This document shows, piece by piece, positions 38,040-49,328 of a stretch of 64,000 nt of DNA (positions are counted from its first letter, which is position 1; each line of letters starts with the position of its first letter). The notes below the pieces were generated by a model. It was given only the letters and a program-made list of their open reading frames with translations, was not told the DNA's origin and searched no databases. The translations under genes were made by a program, and so were the position numbers. Origin of the DNA: Phyllobates terribilis (lineage: Eukaryota); the NCBI RefSeq assembly GCF_046119375.1, contig NW_027362764.1, positions 626,014,001 through 626,078,000 of the forward strand, written 5' to 3'.

Positions 38040-40500
38040 TTATAAATAAGCACCAAAACCAAAGTGCTCATTCAATCCTTATGGAGATAGTGTGTCAAGT
38101 CTAAATATCCACTTGCCTAGGTCTCCACCCCTAATGCCCATATCAATCTGGTTGATTCATTTTATCTTTAGCCGTTTAGGGTCACTATTATGATGGAGCT
38201 TAAAATGTCTAGGCAAGGTTCTCAGAGTGGTTACGTCATTTATAGTGGCTGATTTCTTTATATCTAATACATGTTCTCTTGTTCTCAGTTTAAGTTCACG
38301 GGTTGTTAGACCTATGTAAAACATTCTACATGGGCATTGGGTGTGATATATTACTCCTTTGGAGGCATAGGATAAGGTTTTTCTGATTTCAAATATTCTG
38401 CTATTATAGTAATTGCAGAAATTTTTGCTTCTAATCAAGTTTTTACAGGCCTTGTATGTTCCACATGTAGAAAAACATATTTAGACTTGTCTTCTGATTT
38501 CGGATGTAGATCTGGTTCAGACTCGTAATGACTGCGTACTAATGAATCTTTCAAGTTCCTGGATCGTCTGGCCACTATTGAGGGAGTTAGTGGTAGAATC
38601 TTTTGTAAGACTGGGTCTGTTAATAGCACACTCCAATGTTTTTTTATAACCTTGGTGAATTCTGGCCACTGATCATTATAATTGGTAATGAACCTCTTAT
38701 GGGGCATTTTTTATCTTCGTTCTTCCTTGCCCTATTGCCATAAAGAAGTTGCTCCCTACTGTTTTTTGTGGCTCTTTTGAGGCCAGTCGTGATATTCCTA
38801 TTACTGTAACCTCGATCCTTGAAGCGTCTTGTTAAGTCATGAGCTTGGTTTTGGAAAGATTCATTACTAGTACATATCCTTTCTAATTGCAAAAATTGAC
38901 CTGTAGGAATTACCCTGATTGTAGAGGGGAGATGAGATGAAGTCCCATGTAAAAGTGTATTGGTGGCTGTGAGTTTTCTGTATACATCTGTCATAATGAA
39001 GTCACTAAGGGTAGTTGTAATGTGTAAGTCCAGGAAATTGACTGTTTTTCCATACTGGTAAGTAAGTTTGATGTTAAGCTCATTATTATTCAATTGATCC
39101 ATCAGTCTACTCAGGCGATTTCTTGATCTTTCCCAGACGAACCAAATATCGTCGATGAACCTCATCCACCCCTGTAAGAGGTGGATGTCATCAATTTCAT
39201 CATTATGGAAGATGGATCTCTCCCAAGAACCCTAGAAAAGGTTCGCATACGAGGGACACACGAGGCCTCCATAGTGGTTCCCTGTTTTTGCAGATAGATT
39301 TTTTTATTAAAAACAAAAAAGTTATGTTCTAATACGAATTCCAGTAGAGTTAGAATTAGTTTGCCCATCTGTTTATCCAAATTACTTTCATCAAGAAAAA
39401 GTGATAATGTTTTCAAACCATCCTGATGTTTTATTGAGGAATATAGAGCTTCCACATCTGTCCTCACCATTACTGATCCCTCATCCAGTTGTAGAGAATC
39501 CAGTCTTTTAAGTGCATCTTGGTGTGTCCTTTATATATGATGGCAGAGTGAGTACCAAAGGTTGTAAATAAAAGTCAATTACCGTGCATATGGTTTCACA
39601 TAAACTGCTATTTCCCAAGACAATCGGTCTCCCAGGGGGGTCCAAGTGATCCTTGTGCAACTTAGGCAATAAATAGAAAGTTGGTAATTTTGGATGTAGC
39701 TTCCTTACCACTTCCACCATTCTTTTGGGGACTATATTCTCTTCATAGGCTTTTTCCAAGATCTCTGTCAATTGGGTTTGAAAATGTGTTAATGGAATGA
39801 ATGTTAATTTCTGATAACAGGATGGAAAGTCTAGTATTTTTTCAGCTTGTTTTTCGTATAGACTATGAGGCCAGATGACAAGGTTACCACCCTTATCTGC
39901 AGGTTTTATGACAATATTAGGTCAATTTTTCAGTTGTTCCAGGGCTAATCTTTACTCCTTACTCATATTTGATCTTACCGTAGGGCTATGAGGGAGTGCT
40001 TCAATTTCTGCTGTTACCATTTTAGTAAATATATCCACAGCTGAACAGGTGGAAAGTGAGGGTAAGGTTTTTGATGTTTTGATTAGATGAATGGGAAACT
40101 TACCTTCTTCAGTCAGAATACTTTCTGCCTCCAAATCTTCAAGATCCTGTAAAGCTCTTTTTTCTAATTCAGTAGGAAAGAGCAGGTCCAGATCTGATCT
40201 AAAATGTATGTTTTGTAAAATGGCTTTTCTAGAAAAAAGGTGCAGGTCTTTCACCACCGTGAATTTGTCTAAATAAAAGGATGGGGAAAAGGTTAAACCT
40301 TTCTCTAGCACTTTTACTTGTGTATCTGTTAATGTGAGATCTGATAGATTAACTAACTTAAGGTGGTCGTTGTGTCTCCTATGAGATTTATTTGTAAACA
40401 TTTCAGGGTACTTTTTCTGGTTCATTCTAGTGTTGGGTCTTGTGCGCTCAACTGTCTCTTCACTTTCACTACACGAGGCATGAGTATGAGGGCTCATGAT
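38040..40500 (-). pseudogene. Penelope-like RT-GIY-YIG ORF, frameshifted and 5'-truncated
   Basis: Motifs in order: PTFYLLPKLHKDHLDPPGRPIV, TDVEALYSSI, QKQGT, RFIDDIW (RT), then VIYHTQCPCRMFYIGLTTRELKLRTREH (GIY-YIG) and a WIFRLDTLSP-GLNE tail ending at TAA 38040. Confidence 0.93.
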
Positions 40501-40507
40501 TAGAAGA

Positions 40508-41271
40508 GTCAAGCGCAGCGATACTGGAAGTCCCATTAGCTCACAGGGAACCTACGTCACCAACGTATGCGCCGCAACCACTCTGCTCCATTAGGGATAC
40601 CTGGTACAGCTGGTGAGTGGGATATATAAATGGTACGCTGAAAACACATAGTTAACGCCCTCTTTTGGATGAAGCCCAATGCAAAATAGCGTTGCTGGGG
40701 TAGCCCTCAGCCCTATTACCTGCAGACCGCCAAATTGAGTCATGTAAGTACCCCCTCCAGAATCATTACTATTATACCCTCAGTGACACCATCCCTGATT
40801 GTGCAATATGTTTCCTACGCAACTACATCTTTGTCTTTGCACATAGTACCCTAGTTTGAATGCAATTGACAGGACATGATATATGGTAGATTTCTACAGC
40901 GCATAAAAATGCTTGGCACTTGTACTTTATACTTTGGGCATTAAACCGCTATAATAGTGCTGGGATCTATAGTACCCCTAATCATGTTTTAGAACATTGT
41001 TTGCACTAGCACTTTATCATCAGGGAATGGGTGCAATAGAAATGGATACTTGCATGGGTTTTAGTATTTAATTATCATTAACCGAACCCATGAGGAAACC
41101 TTCAATTATGATATAAGTCTGCAAGCGATAGTTGAGCTCTTAATATTGAAAGTACCTGAATTTTACCCATTTTGTTTTAATTGGATTGAAATAAAGTTTG
41201 TTTCTTCCTTTAAAACATTCTTGTGGATATCTTCCTAAAAAACTGGACTTATTTAGTTTTAGTTTTTTGTT
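40508..41271 (+). repeat. Inverted copy of the Penelope pseudo-LTR
   Basis: Reverse complement of 33333-34098. It carries a GTAAGT donor-like motif near 40744 and AATAAA near 41190 in this orientation. Confidence 0.9.
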
Positions 41272-42680
41272 ATTGAAGTACTTTGACTTGAAAGTTGTGA
41301 CTTATAATTTACCTTTTTTGAATGTACAATTTTTTACCTAAAGTTTAATCATTGATGCTAACTGAGCTTTGTGATGAGCCTCTTTGATTTCTTTGTACAT
41401 TTTTAAAGTAAACCAGTTGTTTGGTGTTTCCAGGAAAGATAAAACGTCCTATTTCTCCTCATACTGGCATGTGACATGGTTGATACAGGTCAGATGGCAC
41501 CAATGACAGCCACTGAGGGATCCAAAAACAAACATGGATGTTTTTCACTGCCGAGCTACTGAGCCAAGGAAATAAATTAAGGCTGTTTACTTTTTTCAGA
41601 TAGCATTTGTGCTTTTATCTACTTTAGTGTCAAACTGTATCTAATAATTTAAAAAGAACAAAACATCTTAAGTTTCTATTATTGGTTATTTGGTTTCATA
41701 AGAGAACTTAAAGAGGCTTAAAGAACAGATGGTTGTCATATAAGCCCAAACTTAACATTTTCAATTTCAAGTTTAGAGTAAGGCTGACTGAGAAAGAGTA
41801 TATGGCTGTCATAAAATTACTATTGCTCTATTATTACTTTGAATACGAATTCTGGAAGAGGAGTAGATGAATGCTCCAGAAACTAGAAGTATGACTTGAA
41901 AGGAATCGGTCAGGACATTTAGTATAGCTGAACAAAATACATGGTTGGGTAGGTCCAATAAATACAAGTTCATGCATACCTGTATAGGCCCAAGTGATGT
42001 GACAGTGCACAGTGCAGAAAACCTGGTATAAAGTTTATGAAATTTTGCCTGGAAGTGTAGGGGGATAACTATGAGTGACTGGAGTCTATATGTGGATGAG
42101 GGTCTTGTTTCTCTCGTTCTCAATGTATCTTTATTATTCTTTCAGTAGTTAGTATGACCTGTGTCTGCAGTTTTTGTATCTGCAGTCTTGATGTTGCAGT
42201 CCACCAGTAAAAAAACTAATAAAAGTGATATCAGATAAATAGGAAAAATGAATATTATAACTACTGTTGAAAGAAATGTCAGTGTATAGAAGAAGACTTG
42301 CCTGAATAACTGATGCAACATGTATACTTCGCTTACTGGATTCTGAAGGATTGTATAAAATCCATGAACAACTGAATGTGGCTGAAAAGGAATACATACA
42401 AAATGTTTACAAAGAATTACTCGTGCTTTCTTGTGAGACTTTTGAACAGAAGTCACATTCTGTACAGAGCCTTGTTATGGATTGCGTTATGGATTAGATT
42501 AAAATAGATGATATCACTGAACACCTGGCAGCATCTCTTCTATGAGAAGATAATTAAACTAGCGAAGAGTCAACCAGTCTACAGGGAGGCCAAATGCTCT
42601 TTGCGTGTTTCCTCACTAGCAAATAAGTTCTAAAATATCTTGGAAAGATCATTGCCTCTAGGCAGACTGGAGGTTTCCAG

Positions 42681-43260
42681 TAGTGATGAGCGAGTGTGCT
42701 CGCCACTGCTCAATAATCGATCGAGCATTGCGGTGCTCGGGCACGCTCATTACTCGATTGAGTATTATGGGTACTTGAGTTCCATAAAGTCCCATCCCGC
42801 AAGTTTTGTGGCTGTTAGGCTGTGTGCCCATGATCAGGATTACTAGCCTTCTGGACGCAGTGTATTTTTGCTGCGTCCAAAACGTTGTTTTGTACAGCAG
42901 AAGCACAATGGATGGGATTAATAGAAATCTCATACCCACTGTGCTTCTATTTTACGCTGAGTAAAATCACCTGCAGTGCGGCCTAATACTCTGACAACAT
43001 TGTTCTCTGCAATGACCTGGGAGTCAGAGATGTATCCAGGCATCTTCCCTATGCTGTTCCCATTCCATTTGAAAGCTGTTTCCATCCATTTCAGTGATTT
43101 TCCTGCCTCCTCAGCCCTCATGTTAGGGTCTTCAAGAAAAATTCTCAAATTTCCCATTAACTTCCATTATACCCGGTACTCGAGTCGAGCCCGTCCGAGC
43201 GTCCAACCTGCTTGATTCGAGTATCGAGCACTCGAGCATTTTAGTGCTTGATCATCATTA
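42681..43260 (+). mobile_element. hAT MITE of the TAGTGATGAG family, containing a Harbinger-type fragment
   Basis: Termini TAGTGATGAG...ATCATCATTA. TSD GTTTCCAG/GTCTCCAG (7 of 8 match). Both arms are homologous to the ends of hAT copy 1. Confidence 0.88.
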
Positions 43261-45276
43261 GTCTCCAGTCCATAGCAGGGACATAACATGGCACAAAGGA
43301 AATGCAATATTTCTATGACATGGCAATAATAATCTGCTGTCATAATACCCACAGATACTCTATATGTGTGATAGGGCAACATATTTGCCTTTGTAGGTTC
43401 AAGCGCCACAATTTTTGACCTTGGGAAACTGTAAAATTATAATATCAACCGGAAATATGGATATATCATTGTCATGTTTGATGTGTCTTGGATGGTGAAA
43501 GTATGCTTGGAAATATTGCGTTCATATTATTGCACTAGGAAGTTTTTGTGGGAAAATATGACATAAATTTGAGTTATGTCGTGCACTTATCTTTTATTGC
43601 ATAAAATTAGCCATTCTTCTATAACCTACCAGGAGGAGGGAGGAGGGGTGTTGATAAGACCCTTTATAATATCTCATGCAGAAAAATTAATTGTGGGATC
43701 CCAGGTGAACAACTAGGATTGTAGATCTGTTCAAATTTCTGAGGTGACTCTTCTGCAAAGAATCACGCATCTAATCTGTAAGATCTTTCTGTAATGATCC
43801 CTTTTTGTTTTATACTGTTTTTCCTTGTGTGTATGTCTTTTTGTTATTTCAACATTTTGTTACCTTGTATGCACTGTTCCTTTTTTCCTATATTAACTAA
43901 AAAATGGAATAAGTTTATTCATTGCTGCTTTAAACATACCCACGACCTCGAAGAGGGAAAGTTTAGTCTTGGGTTACCCTTTGTATGCCATAGTGCAAGC
44001 AGTGTACCTGTTGGCTGCTTGGGAAAGCTAGGTGTTCATAGTGTGTTACCCAGGGCAGGCCTTATAAAATGGCGGGTGATTGCAGCAAGAAGTATGGTGT
44101 GGATGTGCTCACGGGGGCATGCTTGCTTCATTGTCAGCCTATTGTAATAGGTGAGCAAACGTAAGAAGTGGAGTCAGTCCCCCTTTACAGTCATATCTGA
44201 GTAACATGTGCTAGTAGGCGGTGCTCGAGATAAGTCTCTACCAGGGCATTAGGGGCTAGCTGATACACGGCTCACTCAGCACAACTGACTTGAGTATATT
44301 TTCCATTTATTTGCATGCTTATATTTCAGTGAATGTAGAAACCACATTCTTGGGTTGGTTCTCACCACCCATTAAAATGCGGACAAGACCAATTTGGAAT
44401 AGGACGCCTCTCACCAGTAGGCCTAATATCTGCTACATTGGCTGCTTCTATGGTACCTGTGCCACTACTGTCCTTGAAATAACAAAGACTACAGGAGAAT
44501 TAGCTATCAAGTCACCGTATTAGAAAATGTTACGAATCATATCCAACTTCTTTTCAATTGCATAATTACCGACTAAATAAAACAGTTAGTACATTAATTA
44601 TTTGTACAAGTTTTATGAAGGCTTCATCCATCAGAATGGCAGTTTATAATCTATGTTAATTACATATATAGAGATATTTTCCTATATTTGACAATGTACC
44701 ATGCAGATAATTAGTATTTTTCTTTGCTTTCTGTGCTTTATTGTGTTACACCACAGAATCAAGGTTATATATAATAAGGCTAACATATTTCTATAAAATG
44801 ATTTATATTACAATTAGTAAAAACAAAAGAGCGAATATGTGAAAATAATCTAGAAAACTTTTCAAAAAGTCCTCAATGGCATTATTGACTGCATCCTTAA
44901 TTGGTTAAAAATGTAAAACATACTGTATATAATATCCACTATGAGAGATGATAACAATGATAACTATACGACAATGATCAAACTGCATTAGAGCAATTAT
45001 AGGCCTCAAACACAAAGGTTATCATCATTTTTAACCTTAGAGTTATCTGCAGCTGTAGTACCACACCCATACCAATCTTTGGGGCTTTAGTCTATTTCAA
45101 GGGTGGAAACATAATTGGTGCAACCTGTGCAGCCACACAGGGGCTCAAAAGGTAAGGTGGCCCATTTTCACCTCCAAAATGTGGAATTGTGCATTATGAT
45201 GGACTACAAAGGGCCCATATATTGTTCTTGCACAGGGGCCCTTTTCTGTCTGTGTTCAAGTGCTCTACTTACTTCA

Positions 45277-46070
45277 TATAAATAACAAAAGACTGACCAT
45301 CACTTCCAAACAGAAAACAGGTGTGTACAGGTGCAAACTAAGAGTAGCCATCTCCATATATAACCAATAAATTAAGTAGCTCTCTGTAGAGCTATAACAT
45401 GTAAACATGAAATATATGAAATTTGAATTGCATTTCTGCTCTAGAAAATAGGAAAAATTGAGAATACTTAGCGCATAAATTGACCAATTCATGTATACCT
45501 AGCAGCTGCGATAAGGCGATTCTCTAGGTTCCCAGCAACGAGAATCGCCTTATCGCAACTGCTATGTATACATGAATTAGCCAATTTATGCGCTAGGTAT
45601 TCTCAGTTATTCCTATTTTCTAGAGTAGTAATGAATTCAAATTTCATATATTCATGTTTGCATGTTATAGCTCTACAGAGTGCTACTTTATTTATTGGTT
45701 GTATATGGAGGTGGCTACTCTTAGTTTGACCTGTACACACCTGTTTTCTGTTTGGAAGTGACGGTGTGTCTTTGATATTTGTATATTAGCTTTCTGACTG
45801 AGCACTCCACCCATCAGCCTCTGGCAGTTTTAATCATAGCAGGATCATATCTATCCACATAATTGTAGGCTTCAGCTTAGAAGAGGATTCACATTAGATA
45901 GGTTCCGAGCAACGAGAGTTGCCTTATCACGGCTGCTAGGTACACATGAATGGGCCAATTTATGCGCTAAGTATTCTCAATTTTTCCTATTATCTAGAGC
46001 AGTAATGCAATTCAAATTTCATATATTTCATGTTATAGCGCTACACAGTGTAACTTTATTTATTGGCTAC
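45277..46070. repeat. About 245-bp-arm palindrome plus a direct partial third copy
   Basis: 45277-45524 is the imperfect reverse complement of 45540-45786, with a 15-bp spacer TAGGTTCCCAGCAAC. Spacer plus arm recur directly at about 45899-46070. Confidence 0.88.
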
Positions 46071-48325
46071 TTACTGCATATAGACTTCTCATTTCAGAAT
46101 CATTTCTTCTTAATATGGGATATCATACATTGTGACATTAATTACTTACCTTGGAACTTCATGCTCCTCCATATAGACTCTTTGCACACAGATCTGCTGT
46201 GTGAATTATGCCCAAGCCTGAAAATAAATTAACTGAAAAAATACTATAAAAGTGATAGCCAAACTTACCACCAAGCTTACAATTATCTGTCATTAGATTA
46301 TGGTACACTATCTAAGCACATCGCAGCAGAATATGAGAAAATGTTGGCTTACTTGTTAGCCAAGACGGTAAAAAAAATAATTGTGCTATTTGGAAAAAAG
46401 GAGTAATAAAAAAAGCCAAAAACACTGGACACATAGCTATGAGACTTAGGTGTTCATATGGGTAGGCTTCCCTCTTCCTTTCCCTGGCTATCCTCAGCCT
46501 TTCAGGTGGTTGGGTTAAGGAGAGGATAACACTGCCTTCATGAATGCACTAAACCCATAACTATATGTCTGGTGTATTCTGTGATAGATCTTACTAACCA
46601 AATGTCAAAATATGTTTTGGAAATAATAGAAGAGCAGATCTATCTCACACTAATGCACCCTTAAATAGGGTAACATAGTCCAATTATAGGTTTTCTGTAG
46701 AAAGAAATGGCACTAAATCACATTATTTTATATATTTTCATATGTAATGCTGTATTTTTTCTAGGGAGGCTGAAATACATTTTTGTTGTGCTACATTAAA
46801 ATCTGAACAAAAGTAACAATGTAAATTCCACTTTGATTAGAAAACAATGATATCAGCAAGAGACTCCCAAAGGAATGAACATTTTCACATAATTTATTTT
46901 AAATTCCGTGAGACAGAATGTAGCTGAAATGATTACATCCTTTTGGCATATGTTACTTATTACTTTTTAAGCTACATTTTCATTTTGGCTTCGGCATCTT
47001 ATTTCAACGAATAGTATTTACTAGTTCAGACTGAGAAATATAGAAATGTATAATTTATCTGTTGTGATTGTTGCAGAAATCATGATAACATATTATATAA
47101 TCAATTTAAGGGAACAGTTTCTTAAAAAAAAAAAAATTGAGACATGCGTCACTAAATTATTTAGCCATCTGTGTAGGACAGCCAGAGTAAAATGTGTTGG
47201 GAAATACAGATACAGCATTTTTTTTGTTAGAAGTGAATGAGATGTACGGCAACTCTAAATGTGTAGCCTGAAAAATTACGGCTTTCCCTTTGCGCTGCAT
47301 TATTTTTTATAAATGTTCATTATGTCTCAGTACAGTTTTAGCATTCCTAAAATGACCCAGTGCGGTGTGCTATGAAGGTATTGTTGTTGTCACCCGCCTA
47401 CGCTCATTTATTTTGTATTCAGCAGCTGTGTTGTTCATTTTGCCCCTGTTACATCTGTATAGCGGTAGAGTATTCTGTCTGCTCTGACCAACCAGCTGCC
47501 CCTCCTATTACCTTCTACCAGCAGGAATTTCTTACTTAGGTCTGTAAAAGTTTCATATATTCACATATACTATTGATTTGTAGAAAATTGAACAATAGGT
47601 GCACGTTAAAAACAAAGGTTTGGCTGGGCTGTCTTCTGTATAGTAGAACAAATTTGACATGCCTCTCTATGCTCCAGTAGTTATTTGCGCTAGCGATAAG
47701 AGAACATGTTCAAATGGAATTTTATTCTACTCAAATTGTGGCCAAATTTACATTCACCAAAATTCTGGTATTTTTATAATTTGCTTCCACTTGGACTCAG
47801 CAAAATGGTGGCCTCTGAATACCATTTTTCTGATCCATAAATGGCAATCAAATGGTTAAAAAATCGGTAAAAAATTGTATAATCACCTTACTACTCACTT
47901 CTCTGCTCCCTCATCTTATCACCCCCTCCCTTCCGGTATTCGCAGCATGTTCTGATCTTGCCCCAAGTGGTAAAATCCCCCTCTCACATGGAGCTGGGGA
48001 TACAGGCTCTGATGAAGTCCGGGGTGGGGGTTCTGTGCATTTGCCTGCAAGGTCAAAGCGCACATTGTGACGTCATGACCTTTCGTGCCCTTACACAGAA
48101 CCCTCACATGCCTCATCAGAGCAGGAATTCCTGGAAGAGACCCCAGAGAATAATAAATAACATTACATTTTTAGAGAATAACTTATCATTGAGCCAAATT
48201 TCTCGAGAAAATCCATTCGAACAGTCCAATCAGAATTTTGCCTGATCTTGTCATCCATAAATTCATGTTCATACACAACAATCTTTTGATATTTTTTGTA
48301 ACTTTCACTAGGGGGCAGATACTAA

Positions 48326-48729
48326 GAGCTTGCTCACATGAGTGCATACATTGTATGAATGCTATTTGATGTTTTATCGGATAGCACTCGAACCAATGTT
48401 ATATTATGGGACAGTTCAGATCTGTGCTTTTTTACTCATGCTGATATGGCATGAGAAAAAAAAATGGCAGCATGCTGCAAGTGGCTCCGCAAATCAGATC
48501 ACGCGCACCCATTTAAGTCTATGGGTACGTGTAAAGCATTTACGTAGACACAGACAATGAAGTTCTCCATCTTCTCTGCATTTGTGATAGGATTCTCTCA
48601 TCCGAGAGAATCGGATCACAGTAAACTGACTCTCGTCTCAAAGTCTGATCAGAGTTTGAGCCGAGTATCATTACCACAATTGGCCCAATTCTCTTGGAAG
48701 AGAGATTCAATGCTCGTACGAGCGAGCCC
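48326..48729. mobile_element. PIF/Harbinger-type MITE
   Basis: TAA flanks on both sides; termini GAGCTTGCTCACATG...CGTACGAGCGAGCCC. Confidence 0.7.
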
Positions 48730-48894
48730 TAAGATTCCTATGGGATTGATGGAATCAAGGAAGAAGGGGTTGTAGAACGATCAGCAGAGATCCATGTTAG
48801 AAAAAAGATTTTTGTTCATAATAGTGTACATTCACTTTAGGTTTTCTCAACATTGTAAAATAAAATACATAACGCTACTAACTTAATAACTCAG

Positions 48895-49328
48895 GAGTGA
48901 CCAGTGCCATTCTGTTTAACTTTTGCAGACAGTGCGACTTTGGTGTGGTCTGCAACAGCCATGTTTTTTTCAAGCTTTGACACCTCTGTGAGAAAAAAAG
49001 GTTTATGAAGAGTCTTCACAATAGATCGGTCAAAATCCCTGTGCAGCATCGGGGTCGTCTGATACTTGAAAGTACATAAAGATTCCTTTGCAGTATCTTT
49101 AAAATGTGCTTGATATTTGGAGTTATTTTCACTCTCCCAGACCATTTCCTTTACATCTTCGTCCATGTTAAGTTTTATTACATCCCTGGGATCACAATGA
49201 ACTTGTTCAGTCTCTCTCGCCTGACGCCCGCCGGCCTGCTGTAAAGGGCCTTTGCGACAGCCGTGAGTAGAGAACGCCGTAGACTGGGCGGCAGAGCCGT
49301 TTTCCTCCAGGCCTGGCGTTACAGTTAA
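48895..49328 (-). pseudogene. Inserted copy of a probable mRNA 5' region (unidentified gene), flanked by 16-bp direct repeats
   Basis: TAACTTAATAACTCAG occurs at 48879-48894 and 49329-49344. The insert has a CpG-rich leader, an AACATGG start at 49166, and a reading frame open across the whole insert until the TGA supplied by the flank. No poly(A). Confidence 0.55.

Larger units (their letters stand above)
33333..41271 (-). mobile_element. Penelope-like retroelement with 3' pseudo-LTR and inverted 5' pseudo-LTR, interrupted by an LTR and a Tc1
   Basis: RT plus GIY-YIG on the minus strand. 33333-34098 and 40508-41271 are about 765-bp reverse complements. An AT-rich 3' UTR continues on both sides of the two insertions. 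Confidence 0.85.

Noticed and set aside
33333-41271. DIRS/tyrosine-recombinase element suggested by the long inverted termini
   Set aside because: There is no gag, RNase H or tyrosine recombinase; the RT is followed by GIY-YIG, which is diagnostic of Penelope-like elements.
42306-42497. 63-codon open frame ITDATCILRLLDSEGLYKIHEQLNVAEKEYIQNVYKELL..., protein-like by eye
   Set aside because: It has no early start and no convincing splice sites, and flanking in-frame stops are frequent. The DSEGLY similarity to RhoGAP is too short, and this length can occur by chance. A tblastx search would settle it.
48008-48125. CTGATGA motif within an inverted repeat, suggesting a hammerhead
   Set aside because: No GAAA core follows at a suitable distance; the motif is one arm of a MITE-like palindrome (GCTCTGATGA...TCATCAGAGC).
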